A stretch of 64,000 bases of DNA from Octopus vulgaris (taxonomy: Eukaryota): positions 76,384,001-76,448,000 of the forward strand of contig OX597830.1 in the NCBI GenBank assembly GCA_951406725.2, given 5' to 3'. The translations under genes and the position numbers were made by a program. Numbering within the stretch: the stretch's first letter is position 1; every line of letters starts with the position of its first letter. Under the pieces are notes generated by a model, which saw only the letters and a program-made list of their open reading frames with translations, was not told where the DNA came from and made no database searches. Shown here piece after piece: positions 1 through 12,310 of the stretch.

Positions 1-1246
1 TACTACTGATAATAATAATAATAATAATGTGTGCGCTTATATGTGTATATAAATACACACACATAAAACATATATAAGCATATATCTATATATATATATA
101 TATATATACATACACATATTTATACATATATATATGTATGTAGATGTATGTATATATATATTTGTATGTGTGTGTATATACTCTTATGTGTATACGTATA
201 CATATGCACATACGCCTACGCGCACACATGTACGCACACACACACACACAAACACACACGCACATACACAAATCATTCAGCCCATAAATGTGTCTACGGT
301 CAGCTGATTCGATGTGCAAATATGTGTGACGAGCTAAGGCGCTGGACCCTGCTGGTAAAGGTGTCAGCGGAGGTGGGTTGGGCGACTGATTGGCTGGTGG
401 TGGTGTTGGTGATGGCGGTCACCTTAAATAGGCAGTTCAGATAAACGAAAGCCAGATGCCTGGGGTCAAGTTTGCGTTGTTTTCCCCTTTGAAGTGACAG
501 CGCTATCAACGAATATTACTGCCATATATTATATTTTTATAAGACCGTATCTCCCCCATGGCTTCTGTGTGCTCTACCGTCATCAATACCAACACCGCAC
601 CATAGCACGCAGCACAACACTACATTAACCCCTTTTCCACCCTCCTTGTCCTACTATTTACCCAGGATATATAAAGATGATGCTCTCATTTTCATGAAGA
701 TAATTTTTACCTCTGTTTGAAAATAGCGAAGAGGGTTGGTTGTTGCAGGGTGGAAAAAAGAGACGGCCATGTTTGTTAAGAGGCAGGCGGTAGCGCTTAG
801 TGCTACTACCACACAAAAATTTCCTCATACCATTCCTTGTAATCTTGCTTCTTTTTCTTTCTTTTTTTTTTGAGTAAATACGCACACGTATAGACATAGA
901 TGCGATTCATACACATATATACATATTCATGCATACGCATACACATTTGAATAGACAACCAATATCTTCCAGCTTCTACATCGTCACGCCCGGCCATCTT
1001 GAAATTCATTTTTCATTGAAAAATCGATGCATGATGGAATATTATGAGATGGAATGGGATGGAATTGGATGGGACTGTCTAATAAAATCTTAAGTTGATA
1101 TTGATGTTAGAAAGTTCGTGGAGGTGGTTCCACTTGGCCAAATTCTTCTAGTCTTCGATACGCCGACACACACACACACACACACACATAAATACACACA
1201 TGTACACACGTTCACGTTTAATACATATAGACATACATGCACACAC

Positions 1247-1303
<57 letters not shown>

Positions 1304-1748
1304 TACATATATATCAATACATTTGTGCGTGTGTGTGTCCTTATATATACACAAGTATATATATACATATAAATGTGTGTATTCATGTATATGTCGAGCG
1401 CAATGTGTATGTGTGTGTGTGTGTACGTGAGCGCGTGCTTCATTTATGCAAATTAGTCAAACTATGTATGTGTTCTTTTTTTTCTTCTTTTTATGCATGC
1501 ATCCGTCTCATCTGCTGATGACGATTATTGAGGCAAAAACACGTGCCCGCAGCTGTCTTGTTTTCCGACAATCACACAGTTTTTTTTTTCTTTAATGGCA
1601 TCTCAATATTGAAGAATTAGTGATTCTTGAAATTATTTTCCCCTTTGATTTGGCGTTGGTGCCACTTTCCCACCAAGCGGTTCGTCTGCTCAATCTGGAA
1701 ATGGTGATAATTCGAATGTGTAGAATTCCTTTTGTATAATATTTAGCA

Positions 1749-1974
1749 CAGTAATCCATCGCCATATCGCGTCTCACCTATACCGATTTATTATTTAAGC
1801 TTACGTCGATTCCTCTGTGGTGTTGTTTTGTAATTTATATTAAAATAGATTATTATATAAATTATAAAAATAATTAAAAAATATATACCGTACAGTACTG
1901 TTTCTACGTCGCGGATTTTCACTTATCGCGGTGGGTCTTGGAACCTAACATCCGCGATAGTCGAGGGATTGCTG
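1749..1974. mobile_element. pogo/Tigger-like MITE (non-autonomous DNA transposon)
   Basis: Imperfect terminal inverted repeats: left CAGTAATCCATCGCCATATCGCG (1749-), right reverse complement CAGCAATCCCTCGACTATCGCG (ends 1974), followed by TA; AT-rich interior without ORF. Confidence 0.6.
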
Positions 1975-2340
1975 TACACCCATATAAATCTTTATTCGAA
2001 TGCATGCCCATTGCCCACACTGAGATATTTTTTGTTTCTTACATATACATAATTACATGAATGCATACATACATACATACATACATACATACATACATAC
2101 ATACATACATACATACATACATACATACAAACATCTCTGTGTATGTGTGTGCATATATATTCTGAAACTGTAGAATCATTAATCCTGACATCTTTCTTTT
2201 GTCTTTGTGTGTGTATGCATATACATACATATACATACATAAACACACACACATATGTATATATAAATATATATTTATATAATATTATAAATAATATATA
2301 TATATATATATGCATATATACATACATATATGTACATACC

Positions 2341-2375
<35 letters not shown>

Positions 2376-2730
2376 ATACATCCATATGTGTGTACAGGAC
2401 GTCAAGAAAACGTGAACAAAATGAAAAACGAGAATAAAAATGACTGAAACACATAAAAGAATAAAAAGGAATAATATATAGACACGTGTGTGTGTGTGTG
2501 TGTGTGTGTGACAAGATATTGATCGGGGCGAAACTATAGATGATCAAGATGGCCGCTCAGTGGGGCTAAACCGGAAACCACATATTTGCAACGCGAGCTT
2601 TTTATCCGCACATCCATGCGTGATCTTCGTTTTCTTTTTCTTTTCTTTTCTCTTTACTTTTTGTTTCTTCAGGGACATCTTGCTGCTGTTTCGCGTAGGT
2701 TTACCAATCATGTAGCGGCTTCGTTATTTA

Positions 2731-3170
2731 TATTTATGTATTGCCCACAGAAGGCTGAACATAGAGGGGACAAACAAGAACAGACAAAGGGATGAAGTCG
2801 ATTACATCGACCCCAGTGCGTAACTGGTACTTATTTAATCGACCCCGAAAGGATGAAAGGCAAAGACGACCTCGGCGGAATTTGAACTCCGAACGTAATA
2901 GCAGACGAAATACCGCTAAATATTTCGCCCGGCGTGCTAACGATTCTTATTTCTTTATTGCCCACAAGGGGCTAAACATAGAGGGGACAAAGAAGGGGAT
3001 CAAGTCGATTACATCGACCCTCGTGCATAACTGGTACTTAATTTATCGACCCCGAAAGAATGAAAAGCAAAGTCGACCTCGGCGGAATTTGAACTCCGAA
3101 CGTAACAGCAGACGAAATACCTCTAAATATTTCGCCCGGCGTGCTACCGATTCTGCCAGCTAGCCGCCCT
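2731..3170 (-). mobile_element. SINE family B, tandem dimer
   Basis: Minus strand begins AGGGCGGCTAGCTGGCAGAATCGGTAGCACGCCGGGCGAAAT with B-box-like GAGTTCAAATTCC; two ~220-bp units; flanked by degenerate direct repeats CGGCTTCGTTATTTA (2716-2730) / CGGTTTCGTCATCTA (3171-3185). Confidence 0.85.
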
Positions 3171-3270
3171 CGGTTTCGTCATCTACTTACGACGTTGTTG
3201 GATATCGACATAGTCTTTAGATTTTTACTTTCTTTTTAAACACTGAGCGCATTTAACTTGCGAAACATGG

Positions 3271-3752
3271 CATACAGCATCTCGAAAGAGTCTAGAAGCT
3301 GGCTACCTGCATGGTTCTTGGTCTCAAGAATTTGTCTTATGAAGAAAGGCTGAAGACGCTCGACCTTTATTCTCTAGAAAAACGACGACGCCGTGGTGAT
3401 GTCATTCTTGCTCACAACATCATAAGCGGAAAGTGTAACCTCTCGAAGGAGCTGTTCTTCACTCCTGCTCCAGAGCGTCGGCTGCGTGGTCATTCCGAAA
3501 AGCTCTATCTGCGACGATTTCATTTCAATCGAAGGAGAGGGGCTTTCTCCGTCCGGGTTGCGGATCCGTGGAATAAGCTGCCGGACGAGATGGTGAAGAT
3601 GCCGACGACCGCTCGGTTCAAAGTCGCCCTTGACCACATCTGGCCTGAACTCTTTACATGAACACCACCCTGTACATAACTCCATGTCCCCTTACATGGC
3701 CTTGCTTTTTTGCTTTTTGAGCCAAAAAATTAACTAACTAGCTAACTAACTA
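3271..3752 (+). mobile_element. 5'-truncated CR1-clade LINE (ORF2 C-terminus, 3' UTR, (TAAC)n tail)
   Basis: Translation IQHLERV*KLAT.MV.GLKNLSYEERLKTLDLYSLEKRRRRGD...LRGHSEKL...R...FSVRV...WNKLP matches the CR1-type RT C-terminal signature (LE.VQ..AT, SYEERL..L.L.SLE.RR.RGD, RGH..KL, FS.RV...WN.LP); in-frame stop near the 5' end; ends in TAACTAACTAGCTAACTAAC. Confidence 0.9.
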
Positions 3753-4744
3753 TTTAATGAAAACTCAAACAGAAGAGACGAAACTGAAGTCACAATTCCT
3801 AAATTTTAATGTGCTGTGGGAACAAACGGTTCTCCACCGTGTCCACTGTCAAATAACAGCGGGGTTGATGAAATCTATTTTAAAGAAATTTACTCAAACT
3901 TTGAATTCGCAGTGGGATTATTGCATTAATAAATGCTTTTGCTAGCATTAATCTAGCTCTTAGCTTAGCACAAACAAAGTACAATGGATTTAAAGTCAGC
4001 TTTAATTTTTTCTAATTAAATTCAAAACATGATTTATTAGTGTTCGACGAATTCATTCCAGTTAAGAGTTTAATTAATGAGTCTTATCATAACAATATGC
4101 GAGGCAACCGGTTCAAAAGCATTAAATAAATAATTACATTAAATAAATAAATAGATAAATAGATGAAAAACACAACAAAAAAATTTAATGCAACTTGAAT
4201 ATGTTTAAAATACGTTTTTATTTTCTATGTCTTTTTGAAGTGTTCGTTAATACATGAATAATAAATTTTGTATTGTTTAGAATAAATAAATTATTTTAGT
4301 AAAACATATACATCATGTAGCCAGTAAGTCTATTAGACGAGGGTTATTTTATTCTATTTTATATATTTTTGGCTTGTTTTTTTTTTTTTGTTATACTTTT
4401 CGAACTTGGTGGGGATCATCAGTCCGTGGAAGATGGGATAGACAACCAACAAACAACACAAACAAGCAAACAAACAAAATAAAAGTCTGATTGTTGGACA
4501 GATGAATCCAGAAACCATTACTCATAGTGTATATCCTGCAACAGAGAAAAACAATGGATTCAAGAGAAACTGAGTTCTCTTTAGACTAAAACCTGCAGCC
4601 CCAATACTTAGAACAGTAACTTCTCCACTAAAGGTACCCGAGAGCAAAATTAGTGGGTTTAATCTACCAAAGCAGAAACGCGTGAAGTACACCCGTCAGG
4701 CTTTCACACAATTTCCGTAAATTCTTATTAATATTGGCATACTC

Positions 4745-4957
4745 TCTCTTTTACTCTTTTAATTGTTTCAGTCATTTGACTGCGGCCATGCTGGAGCACC
4801 GCCTTTAGTCGAGCAACTCGACCCCGGGACTTATTCTTTTTGTAAGCCCAGTGCTTATTCTATCGGTCTCTTTTTGCCGAGCCGCTAAGTGAAGGGGACG
4901 TAAACACACCAGCATCGGTTGTCAAGCAATGCTAGGGGAACAAACACAGACACACAA

Positions 4958-5027
<70 letters not shown>

Positions 5028-5190
5028 GACAGGCTTCTTTCAGTTTCCGTCTACCAAATCCACTCACAAAGCATTGGTCGGCCCGGGGCTATAGCAGAAG
5101 ACACTTGCCCAAGATGCCACGCAGTGGGACTGAACGCGGAACCATGTGGCTGGTTAGCAAGCTACTTACCACATGGCCATTCCTGCGCCT
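4745..5190 (-). mobile_element. SINE family A, full length
   Basis: Minus strand AGGCGCAGGAATGGCCATGTGGTAAGTAGC...GTTCAGTCCC (tRNA-like A/B boxes), CTTGGGCAAGTGTCTTC, internal (TA)n(TG)n, 3' tail (AGTAAAAG)n; many similar copies in the window. Confidence 0.9.
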
Positions 5191-5436
5191 GAGTAGGATC
5201 GAAACGAAGTTACGTTAGAAAGACTGTTGCTCAAAGTTTCATTCTATGGGATCGAACCCTTAACTCTGTATTGCTCTACATGCTGCGACGCTCTGACACC
5301 GAACTTAAGTTTGCTTTTCGAGCAATCGGGATCGACATATTATAAATCCAATACTGGAGTCGATGTTTTTCTCTGTCTCTATCTGTATCTCTCTCACTCT
5401 CTATCTATCTTGATTTCTCTCTACTTCTCTTTCATC

Positions 5437-5484
<48 letters not shown>

Positions 5485-5515
5485 CACACACACACACACA
5501 CAAGCACACACAAAC

Positions 5516-5568
<53 letters not shown>

Positions 5569-5660
5569 CTCATACATACACTGTCCGAAAGAAATCGTTT
5601 ACAACAGACTCGTGGAATAGGCATTGCTAGGATTAAAGGGCCAAAACAGATATAGTTACG

Positions 5661-5816
5661 GAGGGCTTCTTTCAATCTCCGTCTATGAAAGCCACTCATT
5701 AGGGTTTGCTAGGCCGAATGCTTTAGTAGAAGACACTTGCCCAAGGTGCCACGCAGTGGGACTGAACTCGGAACCATGTGGTTGGTAAGCAAGCTACTTA
5801 CCACAGAGTCACGCGT
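5661..5816 (-). mobile_element. SINE family A, 5' half only, diverged
   Basis: Aligns by eye to the head half of 4745-5190. Confidence 0.8.
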
Positions 5817-5847
5817 ACAATATTGACAATAACGTAGATAAGCGAGA

Positions 5848-6103
5848 TGGTGATGGTGACGGTAGTGATGGTGGTGGTGGTGGTGGTGGTACTGATATGT
5901 TGGTGGTGACATTGATGAAAATGATGATGGCTGGTTGTGATGGTAACCAAGATGTTGATGGCAATGGTCGTGATGATGATGATATGCCGATGATGTTGAC
6001 AATGATGGTAACGATGATGATGATGAGGACAAATGTAATGACGACGATGATAGCGAGTAGTAGTGGTAGTGGTGTTGGGTAGTGGTAGTGGTAGTGGTGT
6101 TGG

Positions 6104-6161
<58 letters not shown>

Positions 6162-6330
6162 TAGTAGTAGTGGTAGCAGTAGCAGCAGTAGTAGTAGTGG
6201 CAGTAGTAGTGATGGTGATGGATATACTAATAGTAGGAGAAAAAACAGCATTACTAGCGGCAGCAGTTGTAGTAGTAGTAGCAGTAGGAGGAGGAGGAGT
6301 TGTAGTATCTGCTGCAGCAGCAATGGCACC
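5848..6330. repeat. Compound trinucleotide microsatellite field (GGT/GAT/AGT/AGC)
   Basis: Direct reading; source of the poly-S/T/L/H pseudo-ORFs. Confidence 0.95.
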
Positions 6331-7586
6331 AAGATGTTCTTTGGAAACATTACTGCTACATTCCAAGCAATAATATCTCGAGAACATAATTCCTTCAAGA
6401 AGGCATCGTTAATTGCAGTCACGCCTCATCGAATAAGAAAGCTATTTCCCTTTATTTAACCATAGCATATCTAGGATTACATTATTGCTGTGTTCAGTTA
6501 TAGACTTCTTTTATGGATGTGATTTCAAGAAGACTCGGTTGCTATTTCTAAATATAGCTTGTTTAATTCGCATGTTTTAGTTTGTGCTGTTTAACCCTAG
6601 GTCGCACCTGATTGAGATAAATATATATTCAGGGCCGTAGCTAGGGTGGGGGAAGCGGGGCACATGCCCTGGGCGCCACTTTGAGGGAGTTTTTGGTCGG
6701 CCCGTGGCTATAGTAGAAGACACTTGCCCAAAGGTGCAGCATGGTGAGACTGAACTTGAAGCCACGGATTGCGATGCGGGCTTCTTAACCAACGATGAAA
6801 GACATTTCCTTCTTGATCATCACGTCTTTCTTACACACTTCCTAGACAGAATGGACCTATAATGAATTACGTTCCAAACGTGACAGTCAAGCAAGACAGT
6901 AGGGGTTAATTTCAAACAAGGTGAACCACCATATAGAGACCGCCTCATTAACTTATTCAAAATACAGCCTATGTTGCTTATTTCTCAAACATTTTTACTT
7001 AGGTGTTAGCTATTGTTGCAGATAAAGGAGAACCCATAGAGAACCGTCTATTTGGATGTTAGCCATTTTCATATAGAATATCACAATTAATAAATGGCAT
7101 TTAAATTCGCTTTCTTTTTCAAGCGTTTTGTCTTCGTTTAGTCTTACATTGACCATCATTAAACATTTGTCAGTTCAAACAAATGTGAATATTTTAATTA
7201 CAGTTACGTGATCGATGAGTAATTAAGTGGCAACGTTCGGTGGTATTATGACGCTAAAATGAGAGAAGTAATTAATTAAATATCCCAAACATCATATATT
7301 ATATAATGTGAGAACAAATCAGAGATAATTTCCTGCAGTACATAGCTGTTACTATTGTTATTTAACCCTGAAACAGCTTTAACATATTCTTTTGCAGACC
7401 AGCATTTGAACGACTGAGCTAGAGAATTTGTGCGCAGCATGGGTCAACCTCTGAGTTTGTCGTTCTTTCTCCTACCGAGACCTCAAACCTATACAGGCTT
7501 ATGTAACATACCCCAAAAGGTGCCGCTCCCATTAAAATCTCACTCGAGCGCGGACTGCCTCAGTGCACCCTCTCTAAGCTACGCTA

Positions 7587-7853
7587 CTCTCTTACTCTTT
7601 TACTTGTTTCAGTCCTTTGACTGAGCCCATGCTGGAGCACCGCCTTTAGTCGAGCAAATCGACCCCAGGACTTATTCTTTGTAAGCCTAGTACTTATTCT
7701 ATCGGTCGCTTTTTCAGTTTCCGTGTACCAAATCCACTCACAAGGCTTTGGTCGGCTCGAGGCTATAGTAGAAGACACTTGCCCAATGTGCCACGCAGTG
7801 GGACCGAACCCAGAACCATGTGGTTGGTAAGCAAGCCACTTACCACACAGCCA
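7587..7853 (-). mobile_element. SINE family A with internal deletion
   Basis: Tail and head halves joined at ~7710 (CTATCGGTCGCTTTTTCAGTTTCCG), removing the central microsatellite segment. Confidence 0.85.
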
Positions 7854-9404
7854 GTTTTTTTTAATAATTATTATGACACGTGGCTTTGGACTACATTATC
7901 TAACGTGTCCTTTTTTTAATGACTACAGTGTAATTTGACGGGCATTTGGTCGTTATTTTTAGAAGGTCAAACTGTCATGTTGTGGGTTCCTATTTTTGGT
8001 TCGCAGTAAGATGTGATATCAAACTATGAAGGGGTTGAATAAAAAAGTAAGGCAGAGTTAAATGTCTGCTAATTGTCTGTCATTGATGCTGTTGTTGACG
8101 TTCTTGTTGTTTAGTCCGAGCTCAGGATTGATAAGATTAATGATTAAAGAAATAACACCATTCCTTATCAGGGTTTTGTTTTGTGTTTTGTTTTTGTTTC
8201 AGTCACAGTGTATCTTGGACAACATTAACTAAAATGCCCACCATTATCCTGGTTGTAGTTGTTTGACACAAAGTAATTTCTGGTTGAAAAAAACTAATAA
8301 TCAAAGATATTCCAGCATCACTAGTGCCAGTAATAACAAGAACAACAACATTGGTTAATTACGTGGTCAGTCTATTTGCTAGGAATAGCAACAAAACCTC
8401 CCTCAAATTACGTGCTGCCCACTAAAAAGGCTTATTGAATAATCTAATTCTTGCAACATTGTGTCAGGAATAAAATAAATAAAACAAGATGGTTAAGGCT
8501 GGAATATATATAATTATGCATTTGTTCAATCTGGAATGAACTGGGGGCTCACCATCACCATTACCACCACCCATACCACCACCATCCCCACCACTACCAA
8601 TAACAACAGAAACTCAGACGTATTTACTCAGGCAGTGTATCTGAGACCTAGGGCTACAGTGTCTAATATATCCAGCATAGAGGACAGTTGACAGGATATT
8701 TGTCTTGCAAAGACTCGTGACGTCATATTAATTTGTCCAATGGTCAACCTTGATATTTTACAATTGACATTTAGGTCATAATTAGTAACTTGACAGTATA
8801 ATCACCCTGCTGAATGATAAATGATTGCATTTCTGAAACAGCTGTTGTAGAGTTATTTGTTGCTGCTGTTATCGTTGTAATCGTACACTCGGCCCGTAAT
8901 GGGATAGAATAGTTCGACGAAGCCCTTCAAAACAGTGCTCCAGCATGACCACAGTCCAATGCCTGAAGCAAGTAAGAGATAAGAGATAAAAGATAATGAA
9001 ATATTCATTGTCGTTGTTTACGTTCGCCCGTTACATGGCTTTACGCCATTGATGATCCTTGGCCCTTTTTCAGCTTAATTCAGTCTGTTGCGTGCCATCG
9101 GGGTAAATGTTAGTCTTGAAGATAACATCCATCCCTCCTTCCAATCACAAAGGTTCTGAATGGACCCAAAGTTATAGTGCCTTTTGCGCAAGAGTCCTCT
9201 TTGGACATTTTACGAAATTCCTACATTGACCAATAAACGTGTGTCCGTTCACTCTGATACATTTGGAATTTGCTGCTTTACAAAAATAGATGGGTGGATA
9301 TCTTTATAATCAACAGCAGAGGGTTGGAATTCGGAAAGTTATCGTTGATAACTTTTCCACTTCCATCGCGTAAATTTCTAAAATACAATTTCAAAATTAT
9401 AATT

Positions 9405-9595
9405 AGGCATGGCTGTTTGGTAAAGAAGTTCGCTTTGCAAGCATGTGGTCTCAAGTTCGGTTACACAGCATGGCACGTTGTGAAAAGGTCTTTCATTATA
9501 GCCCCGGGTCGATCAATGCCTTGTGATGAGTTTGGTAGGCAGGTACTGTGTAGAAGCCCGTCGCGTATGTATATGCACACACAAACACACACACA

Positions 9596-9686
<91 letters not shown>

Positions 9687-9860
9687 CTGTGAATGTGTGT
9701 GTGCGCGTGTTTTGTGTCTGTGTTTGCCCTCATCATCGTTTGACAACCTGTGCAGATGCGTATTTTTGTCCTCGTAAAAGAGGAGTTAGACAAAAGAGAC
9801 CGATAGAATAAGTATTAAGCTTAAAAACAAGTCCTGGGGTGCGATTTGTTCGACCAAGTA
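9405..9860 (+). mobile_element. SINE family A, older diverged copy
   Basis: AGGCATGGCTGTTTGGTAAAGAAGTTCGCTTTGCAA...ATAGCCCCGGGTCGATCAATGCCTTGTG...(CA)n...AAAAGAGACCGATAGAATAAGTA. Confidence 0.75.
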
Positions 9861-10584
9861 ACCTAACTTTAAAGAATAGGTGCTAGGATCAAGTTGTTCG
9901 ACTAAACCCTTTAAAGCAGTAAAATTCCCCTCAAGTCATGCCTTACTGACTTAAAGAAAGAGCTTATTGAATAATCTAGCTTTTGCAACACTATCTCAGA
10001 TACAAACAAAAAAAAAGTAAAACGGTATAGTCACGGCTGGAATATATATGATCATGTGTTGTTTCAATCTGGAACGACATGGAGGTTCACTACCACCATT
10101 ATCAGCACTACCACTACCGACAGCAGTAACAACAACAATAACTTGAAAAGCAACAACAACAACTTGAAAAACAACAACAACAAACTCAGACGCATTATGG
10201 AGCGGAAAATGGCTGCCAACAAATTAATGTAGTGAAGATGACGCGTCCATCAATTTAGACCCGATCCAAGTACTTTATGTCACTTTCTTAATGTAGAACA
10301 CTCAACGTTAATCTCTTAGTTTTATTGCTTCGTCTTGTACATTGACGACTATGGAGTAGGAATAATAAAATAGCAGTTTCTAAAATGCCAGACTCCTCTA
10401 CCGAGAATTTCTGTCATGAAACTGTTTAACTGCTGTCGATGTTGCTGTGTGATATCATTGTTGTTGTTGTTGCTGCTGCTGCTGTTTTATATCCCTAACA
10501 TGATTATATTTATTATGAGATAACGTAGTATTATCATTATATTTTTATAGGAGATTAGCTTCTTTATTATTATTATTATTGTTG

Positions 10585-10649
<65 letters not shown>

Positions 10650-10786
10650 GCTGCTGTTGTTGTTTAGTACTAAAAATTGAAACGTGTTATAGTGAGAATT
10701 TTATTGTATGGCAATATGGTTATTATGTGATAAATTTATAGAATATGGTGATATAATGACATTATTATGTAATTTAGTTACAATAT

Positions 10787-10888
<102 letters not shown>

Positions 10889-11429
10889 TATATGCTTTTA
10901 TGTGATATTTAGGAGATCTACTTGTCTAGCGACTGACATGTTGTGAGACCGCGTGTTGAAAATGGATTAAATATAAGCGTGGAAGAGCTATTTAATACCA
11001 CACAAATCTATTAAATTCACTTCAAATTGCTGTCCAGCCAGATCCCATTTGTGCGAGGAAAAATTTAAAACCTCATCAAATAAATTTAAAGTATATTTAA
11101 TACCCTTTATGTGATAGCTTAATATTCTGTTCTCATACGAAGTGCGTAGGATGTCTGAGAAGTTAAAACGTCGAGCAAAATGCTCTGCGATATTTGTTCC
11201 CTCTCTTGAAATTCTCTGTTCCAATCGCACAAAAGTCAGTTCTTCTGGGACAGCATTTTATAGCCGGATGCCCTTCATGTCGCCAACCTCTTTCAGTCAC
11301 CTCTTATGACAGGCCTGGATATGTCATGCTGATTTTAAAACTGTTATACACACAGTAACTCGTCGCCCGTAGCACTAAGAAGCTCGCTTCTCTCCCACGT
11401 AGTTCTATGTCCCGACCCACAGTGCTGTA

Positions 11430-11640
11430 GTGTTGTTGTTTGTCAGCCCAAGGTCAATTCGGATAAAGCAATGCTACGATCAAAAGTATTTAAACCGTGA
11501 CCTTCTCGTCTTTTCACAATGTGCAAGAAATCTAAGATCAGATCTTCCAACGTCATTTGTTTTTAAGAAAGCTAGTATAAAACATGAGGGAGATTTGGCT
11601 GTTATTTCTATTATGATAGCGTTCATGTATAGTTCCCATC
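11430..11640 (+). mobile_element. Unclassified interspersed repeat family D (representative; related copies ~6450-6620, 7870-8260, 8370-8550, 18220-18425, 27995-28165, 35860-35990, 47220-47470, 54570-54810)
   Basis: Recurrent motifs TTGTTTAGCCC.AGGTCA...TGATCAAA...CAGCCGTGACC and GAGGGAGATTTGGCTG.TATTTCTAG seen repeatedly in both orientations. Confidence 0.55.
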
Positions 11641-12085
11641 AATGATTCATCATAACAGAACTAGATTGGCTCGGTGACACAATTCGCCGCCTAACTTACA
11701 GTTTTATATTATTGAATTCCGTGTCCAGCATTTAAAAGCTTCCGGTTGGACATTATGGATCTCATTACTAAGGTACAAGGCTTGAAATTTGGGGAAGTGA
11801 GCTTGTCGATTACGTCAGCTCCATTATTTGACTGATATATTTTTGTATTAACTCTAAAAAGGATAACAGGCAAAAAAATTTACCTCGTCGAAATTTGAAC
11901 TTATTATTTAAAGAACGGGAAGACATACTGTAAAGCATTTTGTCCGACGCGTTATCGATTCTGCCATCGAGTAGCGCTCGAAGACATCACCTAAATGCAT
12001 CTTTAGTTAAGTCGTGTTTTAACGTAATGACATGCCAAGAGAGGAAATAAAATGCAGGCAGCACTTAAGGGAGTCTCTCTCCTCT

Positions 12086-12126
<41 letters not shown>

Positions 12127-12129
<3 letters not shown>

Positions 12130-12310
12130 CATTCTGTTTCTCTATTCTGTTCCTCCCCCTCTCTCTGTCTCTCTTCCATTCTGTTCCTCCTCCTCTCTTT
12201 GTCTCTTCTCCATTCGGTTCCTCCCCCTCTCTCTGTCTCTTCTCCATTCTGTTCCTCCCCCTCTCTCTACCTCTCCTCCATTTTGTTCCTCCCCCTCTCT
12301 CCCTCTCTGT
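12127..12310. repeat. Pyrimidine-rich minisatellite, ~33-34 bp unit, ~5 copies
   Basis: Unit TCTCCATTCTGTTCCTCCCCCTCTCTCTGTCTCT repeated with small variations, adjoining a (CT)n tract. Confidence 0.85.

Noticed and set aside
1510-1556. CTGATGA...AAAACACGTG possible hammerhead
   Set aside because: G12 is missing, there is no stem II and no valid cleavage triplet.
3311-3661. 116-aa ORF as a host gene
   Set aside because: It is the C-terminus of a CR1 LINE ORF2 with an upstream in-frame stop and a tandem-repeat tail.
4391-4425. CUGAUGA...GAAA on the minus strand as a hammerhead
   Set aside because: Stems I and II cannot be formed.
6629-7588. Possible hAT/Harbinger-like MITE with ends CAGGGCCGTAGCTAGGG / CTAAGCTACGCTACT
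   Set aside because: The inverted match is too weak and there is no TSD; the two ends cannot be shown to belong to one element.
12127-12310. CRISPR-like array
   Set aside because: Contiguous low-complexity tandem units with no unique spacers, in a eukaryotic context.
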